In this document: one piece after another, positions 17,553 through 34,637 of the stretch
Layout of the letters: each line of letters begins with the position of its first letter
Numbering within the stretch: the first letter of the stretch is position 1
From: the human T2T-CHM13v2.0 reference genome, Homo sapiens
Assembly: GCF_009914755.1 (NCBI RefSeq)
Contig: NC_060936.1
Direction: 5' to 3' (one strand)
Length of the DNA stretch: 64,000 bases
Notes under the pieces: generated by a model
Database searches by the model: none
Seen by the model: the letters and a program-made list of their open reading frames with translations, nothing else
Told to the model about the DNA's origin: nothing
Position numbers and translations under genes: made by a program

Positions 17553-17724
17553 AGTAGCTGGGACTACAGGCGCACACCACTCTGCCTGGCTAATTTTTCT
17601 GTTTTTTGTAGAGACAAAGTTTCGCCACGTGCCCAGCTGGTCTCAAACTCTTGAGCTCAAATGATTCGCCTGCCTTGGCCACCCAAAGTGCTGGAATTAC
17701 AGGCATTAGTCACTATACCTGGTC
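17553..17724 (-). mobile_element. AluJ lacking most of the right arm
   Basis: Left arm plus ~40 bp of right arm; tataaaagt on both flanks. Confidence 0.9.
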
Positions 17725-17837
17725 TATAAAAGTATATTTTTGAAGTCTTTCTAGTAGCTTCACTGACAAATATTTTGAGATGCTTATTCAGAGAGAATAT
17801 TTGTGGTCTAAAGTTTGGGAGAGACCCAATATGCTGT

Positions 17838-18092
17838 TAATCCCAGCACTTTGGGAGGCCTAGGCAGGCAGATCACTTGAGCTCAGTTCAAGACCAGCCT
17901 GGGTAACATGGTGAAACCCTGTCTCTAGCAAAAATAAAAAAACTTAGCTTCACATGGTGGCACACATCTGTGGTCCTAGTTACTTAGGAGGCTGAGGAGG
18001 GAAGATTGCTTGAGCTCAGGGTGCAGAGGTTGCAGTGAGCCGAGATTCTGCCACTGCATTCCTGCCTGAGTGACAGAGTGAGACCCCATTTC

Positions 18093-18143
<51 letters not shown>

Positions 18144-18145
18144 CA
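17838..18145 (+). mobile_element. AluJ, slightly 5'-truncated, A/(AT)n tail
   Basis: Starts at taatcccagcac; ctgttaa on both flanks. Confidence 0.94.
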
Positions 18146-18589
18146 CACTGTTAACTATCAAATATTAATAGCAATATATACTGTGGGGAAATAACAAACC
18201 ACAGTTTTTCTTGTGGTTGATATTAGCAGCAGTGTCATATATTAATAGTGTCCCTTACCAATGATTTAAATATTTTAAAAATAGAGATGATAATCTCAGA
18301 GTTGTTGAGAGGGTTAAGTGAGATAATCCAAGGTGCTTGTCAATGGTAAGCAGGTAAAAAATATCTGTCTTACTTCCTAGCATTCCTAATGATGCCCTAC
18401 TCCTAGCAGGTACTCATTAATGCTGTGGAGATACTGGAGTGTTCAATCATAACATATTAACAATGACCATTAGATTTCATTTCATATTCAGATAGAGTTT
18501 TGTATACTTTTGAGTGTAATCAAATGACTACATAAAGCTACACTAATTTTATTGCTTGTTAAAAGGAAGACAATCATTGAAAAGTATGA

Positions 18590-18963
<374 letters not shown>

Positions 18964-19058
18964 CATAGTTGTATTTCTTTTAAATTCATCTAATAACTAT
19001 AAATAGTCTAAAATTCAATAAATTCTTTGGGGGAATATATTTTATCATATAAGTAACA

Positions 19059-19356
19059 CTTTTTTTTTTTTTTTTGAGACAGAGTCTCGCTCTGTCACCT
19101 AGGCTGGAGTGCAGTGGCGCAATCTCTGTTCACTGAGACCTCCACCTCCCAGGTTGAAGTGATTCTCCTGCCTCAGCCTCTCGAGTAGCTGGGACTACAG
19201 GCGCCTGCCACCACGCCCGGCTAATTTTTTGTATTTTTAGTAGAGACGGGGTTTCACCACGTTAGCCGGGATGGTCTCAATCTCCTGATGTCGTGATCCG
19301 CCCGCCTCGGCCTCCCAAAGTGCTGGGATTACAGGCGTGAGCCACTGTGCCCAGCC
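19059..19356 (-). mobile_element. AluY/Sc-like
   Basis: Full dimer with many CpGs retained. Confidence 0.95.
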
Positions 19357-19435
19357 TACTACTTTGTTTTGTTTTGTTTTTTAACTTACCAGTTGCAAGT
19401 AAGTTATCGTGTGCAACTAAAACTTTTTCTTTTTT

Positions 19436-19775
<340 letters not shown>

Positions 19776-21247
19776 TTATTCTCTTAGAGAATCTTTTACT
19801 CACAATTAAAGGCAAAATTTATCAACCCAGATTCTTTAAAGTATAGGTCGACTTAATGTGATTTTCTCACTCTGTATGTTTTTATATAAGCTGGATAAAA
19901 GAAAAATGGGGAAAAAAACTATCTTTTCCTTGAGACCATTTAAATTTTAATTTTAAACCTCACATGGAAAGCAATGTTCAGTTTGAAATGAGACATTGTA
20001 AAGCAATGTATTAGAGATCCTGGGGCAATTTCAGTCTAATTCAACTAATAAATATTGAGTGCATATTATGAGTTCAACACTGTGTTGGGAATACAAAGAC
20101 AAATTTAATTTGGATGTTAATGCTGGGAGAGAATTTAGGAATAATTTAATACAAACCCTTCAATAGACAGAGGAGGAAATTAAAGGTTCTGGGAGATGAA
20201 GTCACTTTCTCACAGTTAGTAGATAAGTAATAGAGCCAAGATTAGAACACTTCCAATTTGGTATTCCTTGCGTTGCCTCACACTCGCTGCTCCAAGGTTT
20301 TACAAAAGATACAGTTTTTACATTGGCTAGAACTCATGTGGCTGGGCTATCCCAACAAAGCAGGTCGGGAAAATTTCCGTGATAGTCAGCATCTCAAAAT
20401 AGCAGCTAGTCACTGCAGCTTTGTTCCCAACTCTGCAAGAATGAAAGAAATTCTAATTATACAACTGGCACTGGACAAATAGTCCCTCTCAACAAACATT
20501 TGAGAGCTAACTATGTGCCTGGTTCTGTGCTATACCTTAGGAATATAAAATAGACCCCAAACAATCCTTGTCTTTAAAAAATTAATATTGTAGTGAAGGA
20601 AATAAACCTATGAAGAGATAACTTCAGTAACATTACATAGCCAAAACCAATGCCTAGGAAAACGCATTCCAATTTTGTTTTCTTTTTTTCATCATTTTTT
20701 GTTAAAATTTTGTTATAGTGAGAGTGTTTTGGCCAGGACACAAATACCCAGATCTTTCTTCAACACCCCTCCAAGAAGTTCCTGTGGCAGAAATTTGCAA
20801 AAGAAACCATGGCAAAGCAAAGCAAAGCAAAGTTAGCACTTGACTCCACACCTCAATGCAGAGAAATAGGATAGTTTTAGGGGAGCAGACATTACTTTGG
20901 TCTAGTTGGGTTTAAATGACCTGGCCAAAGCACCATGTTACATTCAAACCCAGATTTTAGATCTTATTCTGGTTGCATGGAACAAAAATATGTGTGTGAG
21001 AGAGGGTGAGCTAGGTGATTCAGCCTCTGCCATTGTGGGTCAGCCCCACTCTTAGTGCTCTGATGGCCTGAAAGAGAGAATCACAGAAATTCTGCTGCTG
21101 ATATTTTACACTTGGAAATCCCACCACAAGCAAATGTGGCCTCATCAGTGACTTTAAACGCAATAAGCGCCTCCTCTCTACTTTGACAGTTTGGTGACCT
21201 TCCATAAGACATTTCCTCCCTAGAGTATTCTGTTTTGTTTTGTTTCC

Positions 21248-21563
<316 letters not shown>

Positions 21564-21620
21564 TTAGTGCCAGATAATCTCCTTGAAAACTTCACTTAAA
21601 TTTTATTTAAAAAAACATTC

Positions 21621-21921
21621 TTTTCTTTTTTTTTTCGAGACTGAGTCTTGCTCTGTTGCCCAGACTGGAGTGCAGTAGCACGATCTCTGCTTACTGCAAC
21701 CTCTGCCTCCCAGGTTGAAGCGATTCCCCTGCCTCAGCCTCCCAAGTAGCTGGGATTACAGGTGGTATGCATCACCACTCCCAGCTAATTTTTGTATTTT
21801 TAGTAGAGAAGAGGTTTCACCATGTTGACCAGGCTGGTCCCGAACTCCTGACCTCAAGTGATCCACCTGCCTCAGCCTCCCAAACTGCTGGGATTACAGG
21901 CGTGAGCCACTGCGCCCGGCC
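21621..21921 (-). mobile_element. AluS
   Basis: Full dimer. Confidence 0.95.
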
Positions 21922-23239
21922 AAAACCGGTATTTTCTAATGACATCAAATTTGGATCAGTCCTTTCCATTATATCCTATCAGCTATTATACCCAAGCTAA
22001 ACATTAGTGGCCATCCTGTGAGGTGCAAATAAAAACAATGTATACTCTTAGTTTGCTTTCCTTGAGTTAATAGAAGAGTTGAATATTTTAACAGAGGAGC
22101 TGATTGTTCACATAGAGCTTTAAGTGTTTTTAGATGGGCCATGAGAAGTAAAGCAAACATTTTGAATGATTACAGCTCTACAATTCTAGTGTGAAATGAT
22201 TTTTATTTTTTAAACTTATTTGCCCAGTTAACTTTGGCATTACACAAGAAATGGACAGTCTGACAGAATCTGATGATTATCTCATGAGGAAGTACAGCTA
22301 CATACATTAGAAAGCAACAACATAGCAATTTTCTTCTTAAGAGCTTTTCTTTTAATCTTACCTCTCCATAAATATGATCTGAGCAATCTGTAACTCTAGA
22401 TATTTGCTTTTCAAGGCTTATTGCTTTTAATGGCATTGGGCTCATAAATTTTTGCACGTTAAACATCAATGGATCCCCAAAAACACATTTTTATTCTCCC
22501 ATAATAACATGCATTTAATGAGCTTGTTTATCAGATACCAATCTGCAGGAAAATTAATCATTTTATTTATGTACTCAATTGAATCCAACATACATCTATT
22601 GCATGCCTACTATGTGCCAAGCCCTATGCCAGGTGCTGGAAGTACAAAGATGTGTAAAACACAGTTTTTGATTCCCAAGAATTCAGTGTGTAAGGGTAAA
22701 TAAACTAGATATCTATAACAAAAGATTGAAAAATGCTGTAACAGCAGTAGGTGTATAGTGCTGAAGGAGACAGAGCACAGAGGCATAATTATTCCTGGGT
22801 AAAAGGGAGAACGGGGCTGGAAAAAAGCAACTGTTGGGATTGGCGCCGCTACAATATGGCATCCAAATTTTGGCTGCACCCATGGTGATTTTGAGATTCT
22901 GATTTGATGTGCTGGTCTAGCTGCTGCTTCTCTCCCCTTCACTAATGATTCCAAAATTCGTAATTCTTCATGTAGCTTAATGCTTTTTTTTTTAATTTCT
23001 TCCTGTGCCCCCTTGCCCTCTTCCTCTTTAGCAAACCACCTTTCTTCCTTGTTCATAGAGCAAATTGCTTCTCTCATATGAACAATCTCAATTTCCTGCT
23101 CTCCTTCCCCATTCCATCCTCCCACCCCCAGTGTTTTCTATGAAGATATTCTGGCCACAAGCTTAAAGTTTAGACACATCTTCCTGTGCTCTGGATTACG
23201 TGAATTCTTGCTCCTTGTAAGAATTTACTGTGTCAATGA

Positions 23240-23940
<701 letters not shown>

Positions 23941-24429
23941 CATTTCTTACTTTAACAACCCTGTCTTTCTCCTCTGTCAAGCTCCTTGACAGAAGAATTT
24001 AACTGCCATTTATTTCAATGCTGACTACTATTTGGATACTTCTTCCATACTTCACTGAAACTTCTTTGACAAAGTTCATCAACGCTTTCTTGTCAAATTC
24101 AATGGTCTCTCTTCAGTACTACTCTTATCTTCTCTGTATCATTTTATATAGTTAAATATGCCTTTCTTCTTGAAATTATCTTTTACACTAGCTTTCAGTA
24201 CACAGCTCTTTCTAGATTTTCCTTTTACTTTTCTATTTTATCTCCTTTGTTGTTTTCTTTTGACTTCCATTTACATCTCAAGGAGTGATTATTGGCTCAA
24301 ATAGTGAAGACAGATAGTCTTTTAATACCCCCCAAAACACATGGACTACATATGGGAGCAGTGTCGCCAAAAAAGAGAGGAAATGACGCTAGGTCAATTC
24401 ATCCATCTTATATCTCTACATCTATTTAA

Positions 24430-24910
24430 TTTTTTCTTTTGTCTGCTTAGCACCATGGGGTGGTATTAAGCTCACTCCATAACTCCAGAATTGGGCAGAT
24501 GATTTCAGTTTGTCCAATCAGAGTTTTCTACTTCCTAGTTATAGTAATTGGACTAAGGATGAGCAACAAGACTAATTTCTGAGTCTTTTATTACAACTAC
24601 AGGGAAAGAAGGTAGCACAGTTCTGCTGTACCTGAAGTTTGGGTAATGTATATGTAGTGTTGCCAGGTATCACTGTAAGGAATAAGCCTGCCTGACTGAA
24701 GAGCAGAGTCAGAAAATAGAGAGAAACTAAATTGTTACAATATCATTTGAGTACCTGGAAAGACCCAGCTGTCCTAGGAGCCAATTATTAAACTGGTCTT
24801 TTCAGTCACTTAAGATCACAAATGGTTATCATTATTATGATGATGATGATTATCATCATTATTGCTTAAACTTGTTTGAGTGTCTTTGTATTTACAAACT
24901 TGGAATCACA
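24430..24910 (+). mobile_element. Old MaLR LTR (MLT1J/K-like)
   Basis: ccaatcagag...gtaattggactaaggatgagca, atcatttgagtacctgga, ttgcttaaac motifs. Confidence 0.55.
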
Positions 24911-24956
24911 AAGGAAAAAAAAGGTCCTATCTAATAAGGTTTTTCTGACTTCTAGG

Positions 24957-25118
24957 CCCTCGCTACTCAGTGTGGTCCCAGAACCAGCAAGATTGTATTG
25001 CTTGGGGTTGCATCAGAATGCAGAGTCCCAGATTCTACCCAGACGTAGTGGATCAGAATAAGCATTTTAATAAGATTCTCCAGGTGATTACTTGTACAAT
25101 GAAGTTTGAGGACTACTG
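24957..25118. mobile_element. MER5A1-like hAT MITE
   Basis: ctactcagtgtggtcccagaaccagc...gcattttaataagattctccaggtgatt...aagtttgaggactactg. Confidence 0.8.
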
Positions 25119-28100
25119 TTCTTGGATTTAACAGAGTTTTTCTCTCTCTCTTTTTTGTTTTTGGTTCTCTATGACAGTCATTTTCACCTGGGCAGGGAGA
25201 ATGTATCCCAGAGATAGCAGAAGAGAATCTTCCTGACCAGTTGACAATCACTGCTTCACTTGTCCTGCTTCACGTTTTTGCATCCACTTCTGTGGTTTTT
25301 GCTACCACCTACAGAAGACTGACTTCCAAATGATGCCTACTAGAAATGTGAACCTGGATATTCCACTGTGTCTGAAATGCAGTTTCTAAATACCAGTTCT
25401 CTCACCCTCCCTCCCTTTCCTCCTGAATTTTATTCTTAGTAAATGACACCTATTTCTCCGGTTTTAATTTCCTTTCCTCTCTTTTCCCCTCCACTGCAAT
25501 AAGCTCTCTGGCACTGAAACTTGAACTGATGTGATCACCAATGAGCTCCCTATTGACAAGTCAATCATATCTTATTAAACTTCTCTGGGTATTGACAATT
25601 CTATGCTTCTTGAAGCTGTTTCCTTCCTGGTCTTTCTTGTTGTGATCCACTTTTGGTTTTCTTGCTATGTTTCTGACATGACCTTTTCATTTTCCTTTGT
25701 TTATTTTTCTTATATGGCCTGCCCCTTCACATTGGTTTGCCTAGAACTGTGATAACAGCTCTTTCTTATTCTACAGTCTCTGGGCAATTTCATCTAATCT
25801 GTGGTTTTTATAATATGTTTAGCAAATGTTTCTTGAGCATCTACCAAATATCAGTGCCTAGAACCAAACCTAACATATACTGATGGTGTCTTTTTTTTAA
25901 TAAGTGCATGCATGAATGAATATTCCAGGCATTATTTGTGGCAGATGCTGGAGATACATACGTCAATGAGATTGGGTTTCTTCCTACCCTCAAGCCAGCC
26001 ACAGTGGCTTCACATCTGTTACTCCAAATTATGAGGAGTCACATCTGTTACTCCAAATTATGGCTTACTCCTGAGCTCCAGACCCACACATTCAACTACT
26101 TTTTTGTATTCTCAATATCTTGTCCTCCATGTACCTCAAGTTTAACATGTTCAATGTTGTACTTCCTTACTCTTATATTCGTTCATGTTATTTTACCTGA
26201 CAGCATCATCTGTCTGATGGCCCAAGCCAGAAACCTGAGGCTCTAACTAATCACCAACAGCTATCTGCACAATCCTCTTAATATCGGTCATTCCTTTTTC
26301 TCCACCCCCTTTGTTATTGTTTTAGGACCCTTATTCATTATCTCTTGCTTGAATTATTACAAATGCCGGCCTGGAAGTAACTACTTTAAATTCTTTCAGT
26401 TAATTCTTCGGGTATCAAGCTCTATATCTAAATAACACATTTATTGGCTACTTTCTGACTTTTTCTGATTTAGGCTTTATTTATTGATTTGCCACTTTTA
26501 AAGATAAAAATTTAGCCCTGTTTTTATCTTCCCCATATTTACTGTACACAGGAATTCCTTCTAAGCACTCAGTCTAGCAATATAATTATACTTTTATTTT
26601 TATTAGATCAATAGTCAGTGTCTACACTGTTATGACAATGAAAATGCTAATAACCAACTGAGCTGTAGTTAGTACCTATTATTGTATTTCCTTTTCTGTA
26701 CATTTTTTCCCTGAAGATAATTTTTATGATTGTTTTGATTCCTTAGTTGTCTACTAAATTGAACAATATGAAATTTATAGTTTTATAGGACAAAATTATT
26801 GAAAATTGGCATTATGTGGTTCAAACTGGCATGTTCTTTTTATTAATTAACACTGAATTCTCTCCTAGTTACCCACATATCTCAATATTTTTAGATGAAG
26901 CATTCTATCACTTTCAATTTATTGATACCTTCTAATGAATCAAGTGTTTTTTTTGATTTTCATCTTCCTTAAGAAGACTCCTGGAGCCTTCTGACTTGCT
27001 CCAATCTGAACTGGTTGCCAGCAGGGACACAGCTGTCATCCTGGGGTTCTTTCTTATGTGTTAGATTCCTAGAGATCTGTTTCTTATATCCTATGGCTTC
27101 TTATTTTTCAATTTATTCCCTCATTTTGAAGAATCACATTTTCTGATAGCTTCCTGAGGAAGAGTGAACTAAAGGTAAAGTTTTGAGAACTTGCCTATTT
27201 AAAACATCTTTATTCATCCTTCACAATTTGTGGCATGGTATATCATTCTATGTTAAAAGTAATTTTCTTTAGAATTTTGAAGGCACTGCCACAATGTCTT
27301 TTAGCTCTCAGTTTGCTAAGAGGTCCAAAGCCATTCTGTTTCTTGATTCTTGCTTTCTGATCAGATATTTTCCTCCAGAACCTTTTCTTTTTCTTAGTAT
27401 TCTAAAATATGATGATGTTATGTCATGGTGGATGTCCAATAAGCGTCCCGTTGGACTGAGTACTCCGTGAATACTTTCAATCTTACTGGCCTGGCTTGGG
27501 TCATATGCCTACTCCCAAACAGATTGTGGTAAACAGGAGAATGCTGTACTCTGGCCAGTTCTAAGTAATTTGTCCATCCCTGGAACTGGTAATTGGGTGG
27601 AGGTACACGGACTGACAATACAAGAAGGGAAATTCGGGGTACTGTTATGAAAAGAAACACAAAAGATTGAGGAGACAAACCTAGAGGGGTCCACTGTATA
27701 ATGTAAACAAACTCTCTGTTTATGTGTAGCTTGATGGAAACCTGATTTGTAATCAGGATGCTGAGTTTTGAATGACTGAATTTGCTGTTGTTCAAATGAT
27801 CTAAATGACATTCAGTGATTCACAGTCACCATTCCAAGCATGCAATTTATAATAGAGAAGTAGTATCTTATATTTTATGGAAAGCTTGATTAACTTTCAT
27901 TCTTTTTTAGAAAATATGTGAAAATGTCTGATTAAATGGATTCTATAGATGCAACCATAAATATATTTATTTCTCAAAAGCCTGAAAATATGTGCCCATT
28001 TATGTAGTGCTAGTTGATGAAGTAGCCAGGAGCCAAATCATTTGTGTGAAAGAAATGGGACCATGTTCCCAGAATAGACCAGTAGCACGTTTACCACTGT

Positions 28101-28186
28101 CTCTTGCTATTCCCTGTCCTGGTAAGGCCCTGGTACAATGGCAGGTTTGAAGCTCTGGATCTGATTGAGTCACCCAGTGCATCTTA

Positions 28187-29544
<1,358 letters not shown>

Positions 29545-29847
29545 TAGAATTACCTCTCTATCTCAACAGGGAATGAAACTCATATTTGAAAGATACAGGA
29601 CATGTTCTGAGAATAATAAACTTCACAGCCCATCAATAATCTTTATTAGAAAGGCTGAGGTAAAAATAATTACTAAGTTTGCACATAAATCCTCCATGAA
29701 TACAAAGAAACTACATGATAAGGATTTATTACCTCTATTCTATAGGCACATGTAGTTTTGCTTAGATAGTATAGAAGTCAAAGAGGAAAGCCTGCTGATT
29801 ATAACTATAAAAAGCATTTATTAAAACTTTCTGTAGACAGACACTTA

Positions 29848-30199
29848 TGATATGGTTCAGCTGTGCCCCCACCCAAAACTCACCTTGAATTGTAATAATC
29901 CCCACATGTCAAGGGTGGGTCCAGGTGGAGATAATTAAATCGTGGGGGCAGTTTCCCTCATACTGTTCTCGTGATGGTGAAAAAGTCTCATGCGATCTGA
30001 TGGTTTTATAAATGGGAGTTCCACTGCACAAGCTCTCTTGCCTGCTGCCTTGTAAGATGTGACTTTGCTCATCATTTGCCTTCTGCCATGATTGTGAGGC
30101 CTCCCCAGCCATGTGGAACTGTGAGTCAAACCGCTTTTCTTTATAAATTACCCAGTCTCAGGTATGTCTTTATTAGCAGTGTGAGAACAAACTAATACA
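29848..30199 (+). mobile_element. THE1 (THE1C-like) solo LTR
   Basis: tgatatggtt...actaataca, 352 bp, perfect 5-bp TSD actta at 29843-29847 and 30200-30204. Confidence 0.96.
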
Positions 30200-30280
30200 A
30201 CTTAAAACAACAGTAAACATGTATAAATGACATAAATTAGTAAACATTAAGGGTAAGCAAAAATAAAGTGTTTTTCCTGT

Positions 30281-30466
30281 AGCGTTGCCAGCTGTAACAT
30301 AGGACACCCCCATTCAATGTAAATTTCAGACAAAAATAAACTTTTTAGTGTAAATATTTCTCACGTATTTCATGGGACATACTTATACTAAAAAGACTTG
30401 TTATTTATCTGAAATTCCAATTTAAGTAGATGCACTGTATTTTTATATGCTGTATCTGGCAACTCA
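30281..30466. mobile_element. MER53 palindromic hAT MITE
   Basis: gttgccag...ctggcaac termini; internal arms aatttcaga/tctgaaatt and tttttagt/actaaaaa. Confidence 0.88.
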
Positions 30467-31537
30467 GGTATCATATCATAGTGATTTAATTTCATATAGA
30501 AACACAAGGAAGATTATCAGAAGTTTTATGTTTGTGGAAGTTGAGACTGGAAGGAATTTGCTACAAAATTTCCAATAGGTTAGGCAATATTTCCCTTAAA
30601 TGAATCCAATTCAATTTGAGCAACATTTATAAAGTATCTCCTACCCACAGATAAATACCTGAGTGCTAGATATACAGAGATGAATAAGCTGTTTCCTCAG
30701 GATTCCTGGAGCTGAAGTGAAGATGGTTTCAGGCTGATGGAGCAGGTGGTCCAGAAATTGTATGACAAGGAGGAAGCAGGAATGTGATCATCAAGCAAAT
30801 GGAGAGTTGAACAAATATGACAGTGAGGGAAGAGTTGGGTGGATAAAATGATGTAACATGTGATGAGCAGGGAGACATATTGCTTTATGAATGCATAGCA
30901 GCAGATATTAGTAATGTTCTCCTGAAGAACTCTGAGTTGTTTTACCCATGGTTTTCAGGCCTGCATCTGGAAAATAACCCCCTACATATTTGTTATATAG
31001 CATTAAGTTTGATACTGTACCCTAACTTGAGAGTTTACTTAGACTATTGTCATAGTCTAAAAACCCTTTGCCTAAATTATCAATTTTGGAGTTTCAATAT
31101 GTTTGCAATCTGACCCCAGTAATAATGGACAATATTTATAGAAGTACTGTTCTGAACCCTATACGTGAATTAAAATATTTATTTTTCACAATTCTATGAG
31201 GTGAGTTCAGCTATTATCTCCATTTTAAAGTGGAGGCTAGTCAGGTGTGATAAAACCAAGTGCCTGTCAGACTACATAGATAGAATAAATGAGGGGCAAC
31301 AGCTTGTCGTTTCTGCTTTAAATGTATTTTATTTTATTGTATTTTATAAGCTAAAAAGAGTAATTTTAAAAATCAAAACAAAAAAGTCATTGAGTAAAAC
31401 TTATTACATAATACCAGACCCAAATAAGCATACGTCTAGACCAAGGGACTAAATTGTAGCAGTATACGACTAATATGTTAAATGTAAAAAATGAGTAGCT
31501 GTTACTCAAAGAAAACAATTGTTCCTTTCCTATGAAG

Positions 31538-31778
31538 TAGTGTTTCTCAATCTTTTTGATCAGTTTACCTTAAGAAATTAATTTTATGTCACATTTAGTA
31601 TTCTTACAAATGTATGTGTGTTTATAGATATAAATATTTGCATGAAATAATACAAGCCTTTACTACCTATGGTGCACTCTGATACTTTTTATTCTATTCT
31701 ATTTCATGTTGTTTACAACATGCTAAGTTGATTTCACAGCCCACTAATGGGTCATGTCCAAGTTAAAAATCTTTGCTA
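31538..31778. mobile_element. hAT-Charlie fragment (Charlie4z-like)
   Basis: agtgtttctcaa start; ttgatttcacagcccactaatgggtca near the end. Confidence 0.55.
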
Positions 31779-32537
31779 TAGAAAACAATTTTTTTGCTGT
31801 AGAAAACAACTTTTTCTCCGTAAGAGAAAATGATCATTGGCTCAAGATCATAATTGCATTATAACCCTTAGCATTCTGAGTGATGTAAAGTGTAAAATCT
31901 ATCAAGTACTGCATATCCAGTTCCTATTATGAAAACTCTGGTAGTAAAAGAAACAGCAACATTTAAATACAATCTATTTCTTTCCTTTGCTGATTAAACT
32001 TGCCTCCTTCAGGAGATTAGGGCAGGACAACTCCTTTTAGTAACTCATTGAGGGCAGGAGGAGAATATAGTTTTTTAAATTCTCCCATAATGCCCAGCTC
32101 AAGGTAGTGGCTCAATTAAAACTTGCTGCTTTGATTAAACCAATATACTATGGCTATCAAAATATGGGTTATTGGTTACCAACTATGGCTGATTATTGGA
32201 ATTTTCTGGAAAACCTAAAAAAATACAGAACCTTATTCAGAAAAATTATAATTTTATTTATCCTTTGATCCAGCAATCCTACTTCTAGGAATCAGCTCTG
32301 GGGACTGGTTGAATAAACTATGATATTGCCGAATTTTAAATTATTATGCAGTTATTAAAAAATGAGGAAGATCTCCATGATATATGGCTCAGTAAAAAAA
32401 AATCAAGGTGCATATGTTCTGTTTACTTTTGCACAAAGAAACACAGGAAGTATAACAAGGAACTAAAAAAAGAAAAGGTTATCCATGGGGTGATTTTTGA
32501 AATGGGGTGAAGGGGAAAGGGAATTATGTGAGGTTTA

Positions 32538-32849
<312 letters not shown>

Positions 32850-33108
32850 TCAATGTATGCCTTTTTATGTAGTTTTGGTTTTGAATCATGTAAATATTTT
32901 ACATATTAAATAACACAAGATTAATTTCAAACCAAGAATCTCTAAAACTGAAAAGATAAACAAATAAGTCTTGCTATATGTCAAATTGCAAACATAACCA
33001 CACAGAGAGAAAAAAATATATTTCCAGTGAATGTAATACTCTGTGCATCCTATTGAGATATAATGAAATATAATCTAAAGAGTAAAAAAACTTAAGAAAC
33101 AAAGAAAA

Positions 33109-33405
33109 GGCCGGGCATGGAGGCTCACGCCTGTAATCCCAGCACTTTGGGAGGCCGAGGCGAGTGGATCACCTGAGGTTGGGGGTTTGAGACCAGCCTG
33201 ACCAGCATGGAGAAACCCCATCTCTACTAAAAATACAAAATTAGCCGGGCGTGGTGGTGCATGCCTGTAATCCCAGCTACTCAGGAGACAGAGGCAGGAG
33301 AATCGCTTGAACCTGGGAGTTGGAGGTGGCGGTGAGCCGAGATCACGCTGTTGCACTCCAGCCTGGGTAACAAGGTGAAACTCTGTCTCAAAACAAACAA
33401 AAAAA
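33109..33405 (+). mobile_element. AluSp-like
   Basis: cagcctgacca..atggagaaacccc diagnostics; TSD aagaaacaaagaa. Confidence 0.94.
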
Positions 33406-34637
33406 GAAACAAAGAAGAAAAACCTTAAGCATCTCTCTGATTTTTATTGTTAGTATAATATTGCTATTATAATTTTTAAACCATTATTGCATATTTTTGG
33501 GGAAAATACATAAATATTTAAGGAGACAAGATTTTCAGTGTAAGAAAAGGATAACGTAAGTATGAAATCAAATAACTTACAAAAAAATCATATAATGTTG
33601 AGTTTGAATTGGAAATATCTCTGAAGGAACTAGGTTCCCTTAAAGAAATGGCTAATTCAAAGTCTGAGGCAGTTAGGTAAAAATAGAGCCTGCAGTGCCA
33701 TGGGCCAGAAAGCAAGGAAGTCTTCAAACAAAGGAACTAGCTGGAAGCAGCTTCCATTGACCAAATTTGGAACAAATTAAGCATCTGTAAAGAATAACTA
33801 AATGATTATAAAACATTGAATAAATAAAAATCCATGAGTTCTGAGGAGAGAGAGAGAGAAAGAGAGAGGGAAAGAGAGGGAGGGAGGGAGAGAGAGACGG
33901 GGCGGGGGAGAGAGAGAGAGAAACTCATTTGCTACAAGTGGAGGAGACATTTATATCAGCATCTTATTCTGGAATTAGGTAAGAAATTATTTACCATGTC
34001 ATTTTTTTAAAGAACTGTTGAAACCAGTTAATATGTGAAACCTCTTTTTTTTTTTACAAAAGAATGTCAGCTTTTTAATATTGAAGAAATAATAGAATTA
34101 GAAAAATCATCATTTTGGAACCTCCAGTGAAATATTGATTCAGGCAAAAAAGCCGAAATCACTAGGTGAGAAGCTGATGGGGAGGAGGATACTCACATAG
34201 TGTGTCCAAGTATCACCTCACATTACCTGTTAATTGCAAAGGGGGAAAAAACCTTGCCTTTACAGTGGAGATACTGATCACTTAACATACTGATCAAACC
34301 TAGTGTTACTGACAGACAAGTTGAAACTATGTGACTCCCAGTGTGATTATTCGATTATAGCATCAGTGTGAAGTATCCCCAAAATGCTTAATCTAAATCT
34401 AATCAAGCTCTTAGACCCAATTCCCAGTTTACAGGAAAAAGAAGGATAAAAAGGAACCAGCTAAATGACACTAGGAGGAAACTGTTCAAATTGCCAAAAA
34501 GCAGCTTTTTTTTTGTACGTAGCTAGCAAAGAGTTTAATCAATGAAGCCTGAAGGATCTTTTAGCTTTGAAGGTAGACACACGGGTGTTGCTTCCCTCAG
34601 CTTTTACCGTGAGCCTTATTCTTTCATAAAGAATATG

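Noticed and set aside
22610-23125. 171-aa minus-strand ORF
   Set aside because: No ATG start, overlaps L2-like sequence, no recognisable domain.
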